Shown: positions 1 to 13,097 of the stretch, piece by piece
Layout of the letters: every line of letters starts with the position of its first letter
How positions within the stretch are numbered: the stretch's first letter is position 1
Origin: Octopus vulgaris
Lineage: Eukaryota
Direction of reading: 5' to 3'
DNA length: 64,000 nt
NCBI GenBank assembly: GCA_951406725.2
Contig: OX597822.1
Location: forward strand, 87,110,001-87,174,000
Notes under the pieces: model-generated
What the model saw: the letters and a program-made list of their open reading frames with translations, nothing else
Told to the model about the DNA's origin: nothing
Databases searched by the model: none
Program-made: the position numbers and the translations under genes

Positions 1-367
1 TTTCAACTAGATTTATTGGATGATATTTAAAAAGAAAATTCTGTTGGATTAAGAAACTGCAAAAACTAAACATATCCTCAAGATAAAGAATCTTGTGTGA
101 TTCTTAGAATCTATCTCTAGCGGCCAAGTGTCCATCATTGATGAAACCAAGGAAGGTTGAAATCACATGATCTGGTTGTCTTGGCACTAGAGACGGTGAG
201 GATTTATCTCTTCACTAGTGATATAAACAAGAGTGTGTTTTAAACTAAAAACCAATAGGAGAGTATCTACTGTTGTATACTTTATTCCAACAGAACGTCC
301 ACGTTTAAGCGGGCATAAATATTACCTCTCTTAGAATTAATATAGAAGAAATTATAATACACTCAAA

Positions 368-432
368 GCAGTGCTCCAGCATGGCCACACATCTAATGAC
401 TGAAACAAGTGAAAGATAAAAGATAAAAGACT
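368..432 (+). mobile_element. Isolated SINE/CR1 3' tail fragment
   Basis: gcagtgctccagcatggccacacatctaatgactgaaacaagtgaaagataaaagataaaaga matches the tail at 54864-54910. Confidence 0.7.
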
Positions 433-2037
433 GAAGTTATAGTGAAAGTTGATCTAAATCAACAAAATAGTTCTGAATGAGAATGGCTTTTCTTGAAGTT
501 ATTATCTGAAATAATAATAATAATAAATTCATTAAAAAAAGTTTGTTGTTTTAATAAATAAATTGAGCTTTTTTTTTTCTTTTTGTATATCTTATAATTC
601 ATTTCTAGCCTAGATTGACAAGTATTTCCTCTGCTCCTCTCTCTCTGACAAGGAAACCTGCCATATTTGACAGTGAATGGCATTCAGGTTGAAATTAAGC
701 AGACAGTAGACAAATAAAACAGACACTAACTACAATCAAGCCTGCTTTTCTAAGACCAACTGTCAACCAGGTTTGGCTACAAAAAACAATAAAAACTGTC
801 CTACTGTCAACATAGAAAACCAGCAGCAAGTCCTTGCATGCTGAAGTAATTCGTTATGTTAAATATACCCTCTGCACCCATCCTACTCACCTAGCATCAC
901 CTCCCCACAAATTTTAGTTTTCCTAAGAAGTCAGTTATACAGCTGGTGGGGGAAATTATGGAAAACTGGTTTTACTACTACTACTACTGCTGCTGATGGT
1001 CAGAGGGTTGGCTTCTATCCTGGTGAAATGTTTTAGGAATTAAACTTGGATACAAGAAGAAGCTACAACAATAAAGAGTTCAATACTGAGCCAAGGTGAC
1101 AGGACTGAGTAGCGAGTACTCATTAAATGCCTTGAGTCAGGGGCAGCCATTTTCCTTTTGATGGAATCTGGTGTGTAGAATATTGTAAGCCCATTGTATT
1201 TAAGATAGAAGTGTTCACACAAAGATTGCTAGTTCAAATACAATTTACAGTTTTTATTTTAATTTATTCATTTAAGTCTCTAGATATATGTCCTATGAAC
1301 AGTTTAGAAAATGTAAAGGGTATTTCTTATAAACAGAAATCATAAAGAATAAATCATAAAAAAAAAACATGACTGTTTTTCCTTCTGTAAGTGATGTACG
1401 GAGAAATCATATGATCTTAAAACTGCTAGAAACAGAAATTCAATTGTCTTCTATCTTACCCTACTGGCATAAGAAGAGGAAGGTGACATTGGATAATGTA
1501 GTCCTACATAATGTGAAATGGTCATGGCTAGATTGACTTTTGACTGACTTGGAGTTAAATAACAACTGGTGTTATTTAAGCTATTTAAGATTTAATCTAT
1601 TTGAAAATAACTGGATGGAACGATATGACTCTGAGTTTGTGCGTGTGTGTGTATACATAATACTTCAACTGATTAACGATATAACCCATACCGAAGTAGA
1701 GAGAAAATTCATATCCATACTTCAATGTGCATGCTTGTGTGTTAGAAGATGGCAAGCTTTATATACTGCAAATGATAATCAAGATTACCAATAAGAAATC
1801 AAAAAATAAAAACCAGTCTCAAAAGAGCAAGTCCATAGTATAAAACCATTCAATATAAACAGAATTTACTTTTATATTTAGACCTCAGTAATTACTCCCA
1901 CTCTTCTTCCTCCTCATATCCTCTCTCCCTCAACTAAATAATTCATTCTTTTTTAAAAATTTTAAATATTGTTTGCCTAATTTTTTTCTCAGTAGTGCAG
2001 TCTATGTTAGTCCTAGTAATAAACTGCAAGAAGCTTA

Positions 2038-2275
2038 GGGCAGCGAGCTGGCAGAATCGTTAGTATGCTGGACGAAATGCTTAGCAGTATTTCATCTGCT
2101 GGTTACATTCTGAGTTCAAATTCCACCAAGGTTGACTTTGCCTTTCATCCTTTTGGGGTCGATTAAATAAGTACCAGTTATGCACTGGGGTCGATGTAAT
2201 TGACTTAATCCCTTTGTCTGTCCTTGTTTGTCCTCTCGATGTTTAGCCCCCTGTGAGCAATAAAAAAAAAAATAA
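2038..2275 (+). mobile_element. tRNA-derived SINE family 2 (central segment resembles the MetaSINE domain)
   Basis: A-box-like gagctggcagaatcgttag, B-box-like gagttcaaattcc, then gactttgcctttcatccttttggggtcgattaaataagtaccag and an A-rich tail. Related copies near 8445-8590, 11360-11500(-), 19840-19940, 24210-24420, 27870-28080(-), 38210-38320, 40850-40985(-), 47640-47790. Confidence 0.8.
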
Positions 2276-2329
2276 ATAAATATATTGCAGGAAGTTTGTT
2301 TTACAATCTCTGTTTTAAAATATTTATTC

Positions 2330-3400
2330 TTCTTTTGGACATGGTTCATTAGAAAGAATATTTTATCAACATTTGGTGACAAACGTGGCAAAATAGTTAA
2401 TTTAGTCATAAAAATTGAATAACAAATTATAATTTGAATTATGAAGTCTGTCATTTGTATCTTTTAACTTAAACCATAAGTCAAGAATAATTTCTTTCAA
2501 GATTGGTAAATTATTTGTTGATTATAAATACTTTGCCTACTTTCTGTGAACAGGATATGAAGAACATCTGCTAGAATGGTAGATGTTGGAGATACACTGA
2601 GATTATGAGTTATCTTTGATTAAACTAATACTTGTAGTTTAGCAATAATACCTTTTTCACTTGAATACAAAGTTCCATGTGGAATTTCACATAATCATCA
2701 GAAGACACATTAAATAAATGTATTTTGGCCTTCATTTCAAGGTAAAGCTCATCTTTACTTGGATGAATTTCTGATAATTTCATTTTCTTCACAAATTCAT
2801 CTTTAACAAAGAAACTCAAGAGATTTTTGTATTTTGATAATACCATTAAATACCTGAAATGTTTACCTTGGAATTCAAGAGATAATAAAATTCACCTCTT
2901 GAAATAAAAAGAAGTAGTATATGTTTGGTTCTGTGAATGGTAAATATGTCCTGAATTCTCCTGGTGCCATCAATTTTGTCAACTTTTGATTCACTAAGAA
3001 ATAAAGAAACATTAAATTGTTCTGAATCTATTATAATAATTGTTCTTGAGGAGAAAGCCACCTTGTTTGTGCAACTTCACATATTTTATGGTGAGTTGTT
3101 GCAGCCATTTCCTCAATGGGTATGAAGCCATAAGAAAGTTCACAAATATACTGACAACATGACTAGATAAACAGTGAAAGAATGGTAGATGTATCCATTT
3201 ATATAAGCAAAAGGCACATCATCTTTTAATAATTTCTGGTACTTTTAGCTCCCATCATAGAACAAAACTTCTGAATTTAATAATATTTTTGAAAGAAATA
3301 TTCTTGCAATACAGATTTATTAGCATTGTAAAAACCAAAAACTATTCCACTTCAATGAAATCGAACATTTAACTGGGCATCTCTGGAAAATTACCAACAA
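2330..3400 (-). mobile_element. Decayed hAT-superfamily transposase remnant
   Basis: Minus-strand fragments CSMMGAKS (~3245-3270), HKICEVAQTRWLSPQE (~3045-3090; hAT TRW.S motif), LEFQGK (~2860-2880) and the 73-aa ORF 2625-2846, interrupted by stops and frameshifts. Confidence 0.6.
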
Positions 3401-3675
3401 CAAAAAAAAAAAACAAAAAAAAAAAACTGTTGTGTGTTATTCAGGATGGGGTTGTCCTTCAAGATAAAACAGAAATATACAAATGTTAGCACAGCTAAGA
3501 TACAAAAATGGGACTGCCATTGCATGTCACAACACCAACACTAAATATTTGGGTTACTGGGCATAAGTAATTACTACACTTTAGCACTGCACATATCGTA
3601 AGATATTTAAACCCGTTTAAGACTAATCTATCAACAGTTTATTTGAAGATAGTTAAAATTGTTTAAACATATTTT

Positions 3676-3970
3676 ACGATCGTGGCCATTGCCAGCCTCG
3701 CCTTGCCTCCGTGCCGGTGACATGTAAAAAGCACCATCCGATCGTGGCCGTTTGCCAGCCTCAACTGGCACCTGTGCCGGTGGCACGTAAAAAGTACCCA
3801 ATACACTCATGGAGTGGTTGGCGTTAGGAAGGGCATCCAGCCATAGAAACATTGCCAGATCAGACCGGGCCTGGTGCAGCCTTCTGGCTTCCCAGACCCC
3901 AGTTGCACCGTCCAACCCATGCCAGCATGGAAAGCGGACGCTAAACGATGATGATGATGATGATGATGAT
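3676..3970 (+). mobile_element. RTE-type LINE 3' end (or RTE-tailed SINE) with (GAT)n tail and an internal ~60-bp tandem duplication
   Basis: ggttggcgttaggaagggcatccagc...ccaacccatgccagcatggaaagcggacgctaaac(gat)n. The same tail caps RTE ORF2 remnants at 33585 and 45645. Other copies at 6380-6520, 14010-14190(-), 26655-26845, 43660-43925, 62641-62800(-). Confidence 0.8.
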
Positions 3971-6091
3971 ATCTCTATAGTGACTTTAAATGTTTATATA
4001 AACTAGCGGATCCTTGCCCACCACCTTTCAGGCAGTTTAGTATCAGTGATTGGTCCTGTATCAGGACAGGAATATACAGAGTCTCATTGTGGTGGTTATA
4101 GCCTTGCAACATTGGTGTATGATGTACCTTCTGTGATGAGGGTTTCAGCAAAAGCTTCCAGTAAAAAAAAAAAGTAAATGATGTCAGAAGATATTCAAAG
4201 AAGAAGGAAGAATTGTTGCACTGTGTGTGTGTATTGCTCCAGCATGGTCAATGTCATGTTGACTAAAGCAAACTAAGCAACTTCTGCTCTGCTTCATAAT
4301 TTCACCAATGGTTTCAAATTGTAAATTTTTTTAATGAAATTTTACACATCTTTTTGTGATGAAGAGAACAAGAGTCAACTAAGAATGTGTATGTATAAGT
4401 GTGTGTGTGTATATATGCATGTGTATGTGTGCAAGTATGTCAGTATGTATGTAAGTATGCATGTATGTATAAGTGTGTGTGTGTGTATATATATGCATGT
4501 GTGTGTATACATATGCATGTGTATGTGTGCGGGCTGACTGATGGCTGCATGGTTGATTAAGATTGTTAATAATATTTTAGTTGAAATATGTTTTTCATCA
4601 GACTCCGGTTGAATATTTTTTTTCCATCCACCTAAATTAACAACAGCTAAAAATGTCATCATAAGAAGGAATCAGTAGACATCGTACAACAAAGGAAAGC
4701 GAGTATTTCAGTGACATGTCACTGTTAATTACAAATATATAAAATGTATAAAGCTGGAACAATTTTGTGAAGTGCGTTGTTTTCAAAATTATACAAATGG
4801 CATTTAGGTTGAGGACTGTCGGCTAATGAAACGTTTGTAAATATTTCCACATTCCTTCAGTTTATTGCAGTGAACTTTGTCATTGATAACACCCAGCCTG
4901 ACTGAATGATTGAGAGAGTAAAATGTTTTTACCCATGATGCTCTTTGCCAGTTGCTTGTCAATGTGAGTTAAACTAGTAATAAATGGAGATGGTTCTCAT
5001 TGGCTGTATGAATAATAACTGAAGGAACCCACAAATATCTAACTGAATATTTATTTCCAGACATAAAGATATTGGTGCTAGTTATTTACAATGAACAACA
5101 TAGGTATTTTCTGACTGGGAAAGAGACAGATTGCTCTGAAATTATAGAAAGCTATCTATGTGACAACATGTGGTTGGCCCCAAAATATATGAAGTCAGTG
5201 GCACAAATCCCCATGGCACCAGAGGTCCTTGCTTTCTGCCCTTGGCCATCTGTGCTCTAAGCTGTTTGCCAAATAGTTGTAATAGGGGACTGGAAACCAA
5301 ATTCTAAAACATTAGAGTAAAAAACGCCCCATCACAGCCACATGCTGAATGGTCAATTAACAGGCCAATCACATGAGACAGTGGTGGTTCACTTGTGGTG
5401 TTTGATCAATTATCTAGCGGTTGAGGTTTTGAATAATAGCTACAATACAACAACACAGTATTAGTGTTGGCATAAAACTATTTGCCTCTTCAACAGGTAG
5501 ACCAATTTCATTTCTCCTTAACCAGCTGTACCTTGCACGTAGAACAAGCAAAGTTATATGGAAACTAAACAGTAGGATTTAAAGACTATATTTATAATCA
5601 ACAACTACTACAGTCAATGGCTGTTTGCATGTTTAATGATATTTTACATATCACTTTTGTTTATGAAACAAATAATGTCATAGGTGAAAAAAAACAAAAA
5701 AAAAAAAGAGATTTCAGACCTTTTATAAACTCAGTTGTTTGTTTGCATTTATGACCCAGTGACACTGAACTGATAGCCACCATTTTTGTACTGCTGATCT
5801 ATCGTTAAACCCTAATCAACGTTTCTACTATGTATGTATGTGTATGTATGTATTATGTGTGTGTGTAAGTATGTATGCATCCATGTGTGTGTGTGTGTGT
5901 GCACATGCATGTATGCATGTGTGTGTGTATCATTTGTAGATTTCCTTAGTGTCTGTTTTGAAGAACATTTTTCCTTCTCTCATATCTTCCTGACCGACTG
6001 TAATTATAGACTCAGATGGAATGATTTTAATTCTTCAGATGGTTTTACTTCTCAGATCTTCCTGCTTTCACTAGAATGTATATATATATAT

Positions 6092-6331
6092 AGCTCTATC
6101 TGCAACGATTTCATCTCAGTCGAAGGAGAGGGGCTTTCTCCGTCCAGGTTGCGGATCCGTGGAATAAGCTGCCGGACGAGATAGGGAAGATGCCGACGAT
6201 CGCTTGGTTCAAAGTCTCTCTTGACCAGAAATGGTCTGAACTCTTTGCATGAACACCCTCCCTGTACATAACTCCATGTCCCCCTACATGGCCTTGCTTT
6301 TGCTTTTTGAGCCAAAAAATTAACTTAACTT
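6092..6331 (+). mobile_element. CR1-clade LINE family A, 5'-truncated 3' end
   Basis: ORF2 C-terminal fragment (..DPWNKLPDEIGKMPTIAWFKVSLDQKWSELFA*) plus ttaacttaactta tail; inverted homologue of 12717-12965. Confidence 0.85.
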
Positions 6332-8034
6332 ATATATTTATATATTATATGTATATATTTGTGTGTGTATGTGTGTGTGGCCTTAGGAAGGGCATCCAGC
6401 TGTAGAAACCATGCCAAATCAGACCAGAGTCTGGTGCAACCCCTCAGCTTACCAGCCCTGATCAAAGTGTCCAACCAATGCCAGCATGGACAACAGATGT
6501 TAAATGATGATGATGATGATTATATGTGTGTGTGTATGTGTGTATTTGTATGCATGCATGCATGCATATATGTATGTATGCATAATACACAAACACACAG
6601 ACGTTGCTGTGTTTTCTTGTTAGTTTTGTTATTGATGTTGGTTCGTTCCTTTCTTTCTCTCATGTTTCCCTGTGTAAAAGACTTACAGATTGTTGTCTGA
6701 CTTGTGTTTTATGTCACTGTTTTAATCACTAGTTACTCTCCAGTGATTTATTATTGACGTTAAGCCCCTCATTACTGTGATTATTTCTTAATGTCTCTGC
6801 TTTAACATTAACACAACATTATGACACATCATTTTTTTTTTTTTTCAAAGAGAAAAAGGCAAATAAGTATTTTGGTATTTTTTTCATGATTTCTTTTTTC
6901 TTTAAAAATAAAAGTTTGTCCTGTTTATAATGTGCCTGAGGTAAATGTTAGCAAAAAATTACAATGAAGACATGTGTATTGACTGAATAGAAATAGTAGC
7001 CAAATAGTCCTAGTATTATTACTACTAGAATAAATTCCTTGTGATAAAGAGCAATAAACTGGAGTATTTAGTAGTTGCTCTAATCAGTTATTAACTGTAA
7101 ATAGAAATAATTAATTACACAAGCATTTTAATTAAGAAATTTAATTTCATAGTTGTGTGTATTTATTATTATTAATATATTTCCAGTCAGCCTTATTTCT
7201 GTTGTATCATAGTTTCCTTATGTTTGTAACCTCTCAGATTCATCTCATATAAAACCTTGTATTATGATTCTATTGATAAATAGAAGGCTACAGTCTTTAA
7301 CAAAGAAAGGCTAAAAAACATCATTGAGAAAAGATTAGTTACAATAGTAATTAAGTTATTTGAAAACTGAAAAATGATCTAGTTGGTTTCATATGATAAT
7401 TAAATTAAATATTTTATAATAATCAAAAGAGTAGTTTTCAAAATTAGTAAATGCTGTCCAAGTCAGTAGAGCTGGGTAGAAGCATTTGATAGACCGAAGT
7501 AATAGAAGAATTTAGTTTTGTTCAGTTTTGCTACTTTTCATATTCTTTCATTTTCCCTTTGGAAAAAAAACAACATAAAAGTTAAAATACAATAACCAAT
7601 CAGGGCTAAATTACTTATGATTTATGGAATATTTAAAATATATATGGAGTCAAATGTCAATAACAAGACTTCTTTATAAACAAAGACACCCATTAAATGA
7701 AAATTACACCTGTCTCACTTGATGCACGATTTGGAGTTGTCATATTGATGCCATCCCCAATGATGATAACAAACGCATGAGTTGCACGGCCAAAAACATG
7801 CCAAGAGAATCTCATCACAACATGGAGACTTGACAACTGAAATATTTTGAACTCAGTCAAACATTTCATTGTGCTGGCAGTTTTTAAAGTGAAACATGTA
7901 ATTTGCAAAAGTTACCATTGACATGCACACACATGCATGCATATGCATACACATACACACACACACACACACAGTATTATATAACTGCAATAATTTTGAT
8001 TTGTTCCTTTCTGTTTCTTTTCTTTGTTCTTCAG

Positions 8035-8121
8035 AATCATTCTTTTACCAGAGTTGGAGTTTTTATAGTTTCTGTCACTGGAACCAACCAATATGGAAGT
8101 CTTTCAAAGAACCTAAGTGTG
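8035..8121 (+). CDS. Polycystin-1-like (PKD-repeat) gene, internal exon A (87 nt, phase 0/0)
   Basis: Polypyrimidine tract + ttcag acceptor ending at 8034; donor gtg|gtaaga after 8121. Translates NHSFTRVGVFIVSVTGTNQYGSLSKNLSV, the C-terminal half of a PKD domain (H.F...G.F.V.V...N). Joins in frame to the 9530 exon. Confidence 0.88.
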
Positions 8122-9529
8122 GTAAGAATTTTTTTCAAAATAAAACATGGGAAGGGGAAAAATTAAATATTTTCTGTTTCACTTGATTTGAAAACTTCTC
8201 CATGGCTTCTCATTTCTCCTTTGTTCTTTGATAAATAAAAGATATTTAAAAAAAAAAATCTTTAGTTCTGTTTGAGTAGACCAATGCCAAAAAGAAGTTT
8301 AAAACAGTCACAGTTCCATTGTTGCTGATTTTGATGTCAAGAAAAACTGTTTAATATTTTTGTAACACATTACTTGACAGTTGACAAATATGGTTATCTT
8401 TACTGCAAGAATGAAGTAAATGGTAAGAAGTGAAAACCTGTTTGATTAGCAGAATCCTTAAAGTAGCAAGTAAAATGCCTTGAGGTATTTAGTTACAGTT
8501 CTTCACATGCTGAGACCCTACAGAGATCAATCCCATTTCTCATCTTTCTAGGATCAGCAAACCAAGTCCTAGCCATGTACTATATTGATTTAATCGGCTA
8601 TACCTACTCCTCAAGGCTTAATGACCTTGTAATTTAATTAACTATACCCTCCCCCACCAAAGTATTGTCTCTTTGTTCTAATGTTACTCATCAATATTTT
8701 AAAAGTAGCATCACCAACGTAAATGTCTGGCAACATTTACTTTTCTCCCTTTGCAATCTGAGTTCAAATACCAGCAATTTTAACTTTGCTTTTTCTTGCC
8801 TTTTGTCTTAATAACATGATGAACTGAATTCAATCCAGCTACAAAAAAATTAGCGTAATCAAAGCAGATCAATATTATGTTGGGTATTACTAACCATTGG
8901 TTATACTTTCGACTACACATCTTTTCAAATTATTCTCAGCTCCTATACAGTAAACTTGGTTTGTCTGTCTGTCTCTCTCTTAGTATTTTTTAATAGTCTC
9001 ACTAATTGTTACTGATGCTCTGTGTACAGTAAGTTTGAATTAATGGAAAAGTCTGAAAACTTGTTACAATGAAAATGAAGGTTAGGTATTTATTTCCTCA
9101 TGCATTATTGCAAAAAAAAAGGGGTTAGTTGCTTGTCTTGTTTTCTAATAAAAAGGCATCTATTATAGGGGACCAACCATATGAACACTTTATGACTATT
9201 CATGATGACCAGTTAATTATGTCTTGTAGTAGAATTAAGCATATTACCTTGAAACAAAGAAATACCTGCATCAGGTTTGAACCTGCTGTCTCTGTGCTCC
9301 TCATTCAGTTTTCATTCATTGTCATCTTGATTGCATAATCTATAAATATAACTACTAACAACAATAAAATTCTGTATATTGCTAGTCTGAGAAAATGTAG
9401 CAATTGTATGAAAATTATGTAATGGTTATCTTTTCAAGTGATAATTTTTGCTAAACTTGTAAATAGACTAAAATTTAGCTCAATTTATTGTAAAATATTT
9501 CATATGATCTTCTGTTTCCTTCATTTCAG

Positions 9530-10778
9530 ATTGTTCAAAGTCAGTATTTGAAAGATCTTTCATTTAACCTGCCTCCTAATGCAAATAAGTTTTATCAAGT
9601 GAATGAACCAGTTCATTTTCTGGTATCGTTTTTTACTGCAACGCGAGAAGACACATTGTTACAGATAGATTTTGGTGATGGTAATAAGAAAATGTTTATT
9701 CTTGATGCCAACCATACTAGTCATACAAGTGACTGTCAAGCACCAGTCTTATTACGTAAAGATTATGGGGATGGCTGCTATCTTCAAGGAGAAGTCTGCT
9801 ACACCTATTCAATACCAGGAAATTTTAAACCTCATGTTACTGCTAAAAACAACATCAGTTCGGTAAAAGCAACACTGGATCCAGAGTTAATTGTTTATGA
9901 AGAAATTAAATCTTCTGTCATTTTATCAAATATCTTTATTCCAAAATATAAGAATACTACCTTTTTCTTGAAATCACCAACATTATCAGAAAGTCATCCA
10001 GTTAGGTGGGTGATTAGAAGAAACGAACAAATTGTTCTTATCACAACAGATTCCTCATACTTACAGCACACATTTCAAGACACAGGGCAATACAATGTAT
10101 CGGCTGCATTCCACACACTACAGGAGAATCAAGAAACAGTACAAAAAATCATATTTGTAAAAGAACCTATAACAAGTGTTACACTGCAGCCTATTAGTAA
10201 CTATTTTCTCGAGACAGGTCAAAGTGTGACCTTTTATGCTCATACTTCTGTCAATACACCTGTTAACTTCTACTGGAACATTGGTGGAAAAACATATTCT
10301 CTTCAAAAGAATCTCACTTCAAGTCAAAGCCATGTGTTCAAAAATGCTGGAGAGTTTCACGTGTCTGTTAGCACCTATAATGAAGTCAGTAATGTCACTG
10401 CCACTCTGGCACAGAAAATTGTTGTTCAAGAACCCATAAAATTACTAGAACTTCTTATTGATGAAGCAGTGTCAGTTAATCTCCCTGTCTTACTCTGTGT
10501 ACAAGTCATGTATGGTTCTGATTTCAATTTACTTTGGAATTTAGGTAACTCTCTACAAAATTATGAACTTGTCAAAAAAAATGGCAGTTATGCTTGCATC
10601 GAACATACATTTAAGACAGTCGGATCTGTGAATATCAGTGTTGTGGCTTTCAACAACATTTCAAACATAACTGAAAGCTGTGAAGTCCTTGTGGAGGAAC
10701 CACTGACATATTTCAGTATTGATATTCTCAGGCCAACACTTACCGGGATTCCAATACTGTTTGTCATGAGGACTACAG
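9530..10778 (+). CDS. Polycystin-1-like gene, large exon B (1249 nt, phase 0/1) encoding ~4.5 tandem PKD domains
   Basis: By far the longest ORF in the window (424 aa in the track). Acceptor tcatttcag|ATT at 9530, donor acag|gtaact after 10778. Repeated PKD signatures: IDFGDG...YTYSIPGNFKPHVTAKN, HTFQDTGQYNVS, FYWNIGG...HVFKNAGEFHVSVSTYNEVS, LLWNLGN...HTFKTVGSVNISVVAFNNIS; V.EPI/EPL linkers; many N-x-S/T sequons. Confidence 0.95.
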
Positions 10779-10994
10779 GTAACTTGAATACTTCCACATT
10801 TATCAATCATTTCTTTTGTTAATATATATGTATGGATATATATATATATCCTTTCATATACCTTTTCCTTTCTACAAAGTTGTACTCCTCTCAAACTCTA
10901 TTGCTTGCTCTTATTTTGCTCTTATTATTACTCTTCTTATACACTCTTTAATAGGAATAATGTGCTGTACCTACTGGTAACTGATTCTTATGTA

Positions 10995-11043
<49 letters not shown>

Positions 11044-11140
11044 GTTTATATATTTGTTGTGCAAGATTTTTTATGTGAAGTCGTGTGTTGAAACAGATAT
11101 TGTTGTATTGGCTAAACTGGCAAAATGACCATTCCGAAAT

Positions 11141-11193
<53 letters not shown>

Positions 11194-11590
11194 TGTGTAT
11201 ATGTATATTTATATATATACATGTATTAGCCCTCTGAACTTTTTTGACCCTCTTTTAAACTCTCTGATGAAGCCTAGAGGCACACCCAATACCCTAATTT
11301 TATCTACTGATCACTACAGAACACTGAAGAGATGGAATTAACATGTAGGGAATTTTATCACAAGGCCAGCAATTTTGAGGGTGGGGGAATTGATTACATT
11401 GACACCCCAGTGTGCAACTGGTACTTACTGTATTGACTTCGAAAAGATAAAAGGCAAGGTCAACCTCTGTGTAAAGATGGATGAAATGCTTCTAATGACG
11501 AAATGCTTCCTTCAGTTTTGACACTACTATGGTTCTGAGTTCAAATTTTATCTATGACTACTATTATTTATTTACTATGTTTCTATACAC

Positions 11591-11810
11591 ATCTTTTATC
11601 TTTTACTCGTTTCAGTCATTTGACTGTGGCCATGCTGGAGCACCGCCTTTAGTCGAGCAAATCAACCCCAGAACTTATTCTTTGGAAGCCTAGTACTTAT
11701 TCTATCGGTCTCTTTTGCCGAACCGCTAAGTTACGGGGATATAAACACACCAGCATCGGTTGTCAAGCAATGTTGGGGGCATAAACACAGACACACAAAT
11801 ATATACACGC

Positions 11811-11855
<45 letters not shown>

Positions 11856-12020
11856 CACATATATACGACAGGCTTCTTTCAGTTTCTGTCTACCAAATCC
11901 ACTCATAAGGCTTTGGTCGGCTATAGTAGAAGACACTTGCCCAAGGTGCCATGCAGTGGGACTGAACCCGGAACCATGTGGTTGGTAAGCAAGCTACTTT
12001 CCACGCAGCCACTCCTGCAC
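11591..12020 (-). mobile_element. tRNA-derived SINE family 1, near full length, with internal (TA)/(TG) microsatellite and CR1-type tail
   Basis: Minus strand: ggagtggctgcgtgg (A box), ggttcagtccc (B box), ccttgggcaagtgtcttc, microsatellite, ggcggtgctccagcatggccacagtcaaatgactgaaac tail. Homologous to 54540-54915. Confidence 0.88.
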
Positions 12021-12132
12021 CAATAATGTAATATTTTAGTATTTAAATTGTCTGTTTTGAAGCCTTCTTTTTCTTTTCATCTCATTTCATTGCAATATTA
12101 CTTTATAGTAACTATTTTTGCTATATTGTGAA

Positions 12133-12235
12133 GGCACATAGTCTATTGGTTAGAGTGCTGCATTCACAATCATCAGGTCTTGGGTTCGATTCACAGACCT
12201 GGTGGCATGTGTTCTTGAGCAAAACACTTCATGCT
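12133..12235 (+). mobile_element. tRNA-like SINE head (family 3)
   Basis: ggcacatagtctattggttagagtg...gggttcgattc...gtgttcttgagcaaaacac; A/B boxes present, no acceptor-stem closure. Related head at 58362-58450. Confidence 0.6.
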
Positions 12236-12716
12236 GTGTAGGGAGCAGCGTGTTAAAGAATAGACCCAACGTTGCCTCTGAAAGTCATAAAAGGCAACTA
12301 AAGGAGGTTGAGACAAGATTTGCACTCCGACCTCATAAACCCCTCACCAGCAATGACCACACAAACAGACCTATGGGTTGGATGGTTGTCACCAGAATGG
12401 TGCAAAGATGTCATCCACCAGACAAATGGTGGATGCAGGGATGCACTGTTACAGAGTATGCTCCCCCCCCCCACATACTACTGCTGCAGCTACAACTTTA
12501 TATTAGTGACAGAAGCTGTATTAATACCAAAGGATAATAATTATCCCCACCAAAATGTGGGCTTTCTGTTCGAACAATCTATTCTGTAGTTGTTAGCATG
12601 AGGGAAACTTGGCTTTTGGTGCAAAATGTGCTCTAGTTTATATTGCTAGCAGGGAGATAAATCTCTGTTATCTCCAGTGCTGAGACCAACTTCCATGAAA
12701 AGGTCGAAATCACATA

Positions 12717-13097
12717 GTTAAGTTAAGTTAAGTTAATTTTTTGGCTCAAAAAGCAAAAAGCAAGGCCATGTAGGGGGACATGGAGCTATGTACAGGGAGG
12801 GTGATCATGCAAATAGTTCAGGCCATTTCTGGTCACGAGAGACTTTGAACCGAGCAGTCGTCGGCATCTTCACTATCTCGTCCAGCAGCTTATTCCACGG
12901 ATCCGCAACCCGGATGGAGAAAGCCCCCTCTCCTTCGATTGAGATGAAATCGTCCCAGATAGAGCTTTTCGGAGTGACCCCGCAGCCGACGCTCTGGAGC
13001 AGTAGTGACGAACAGCTCTTTCGAGAGGTTACACTTTCCGCTTATGATGTTGTGAGCGAGAATGAGATCACCACGGCGTTGGCGTTTTTCTAGAGAA
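12717..13097 (-). mobile_element. CR1-clade LINE family A, ORF2 C-terminus + 3' UTR, CpG-rich (probably young)
   Basis: Minus strand reads SLEKRQRRGDLILAHNIISGKCNLSKELF...RLRGHSEKLY...FSIRVADPWNKL...FKVS..WPELFA*, the CR1 RGDL/RGH/WN pattern; (TTAAC)n tail. Confidence 0.88.

Noticed and set aside
5061-5103. Candidate upstream exon (ttccag|...ag|gtattt)
   Set aside because: The only open frame does not end in phase 0 and the peptide is not PKD-like; no exon upstream of 8035 could be supported.
10779-10822. ORF-track ends of the 424-aa ORF as a stand-alone gene
   Set aside because: The TTG start and read-through stop are artefacts; good splice sites at 9530 and 10778 and in-phase neighbouring exons show it is an internal exon.
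12133-12205. Functional tRNA gene
   Set aside because: No acceptor-stem pairing or terminator, and it continues into SINE body sequence.
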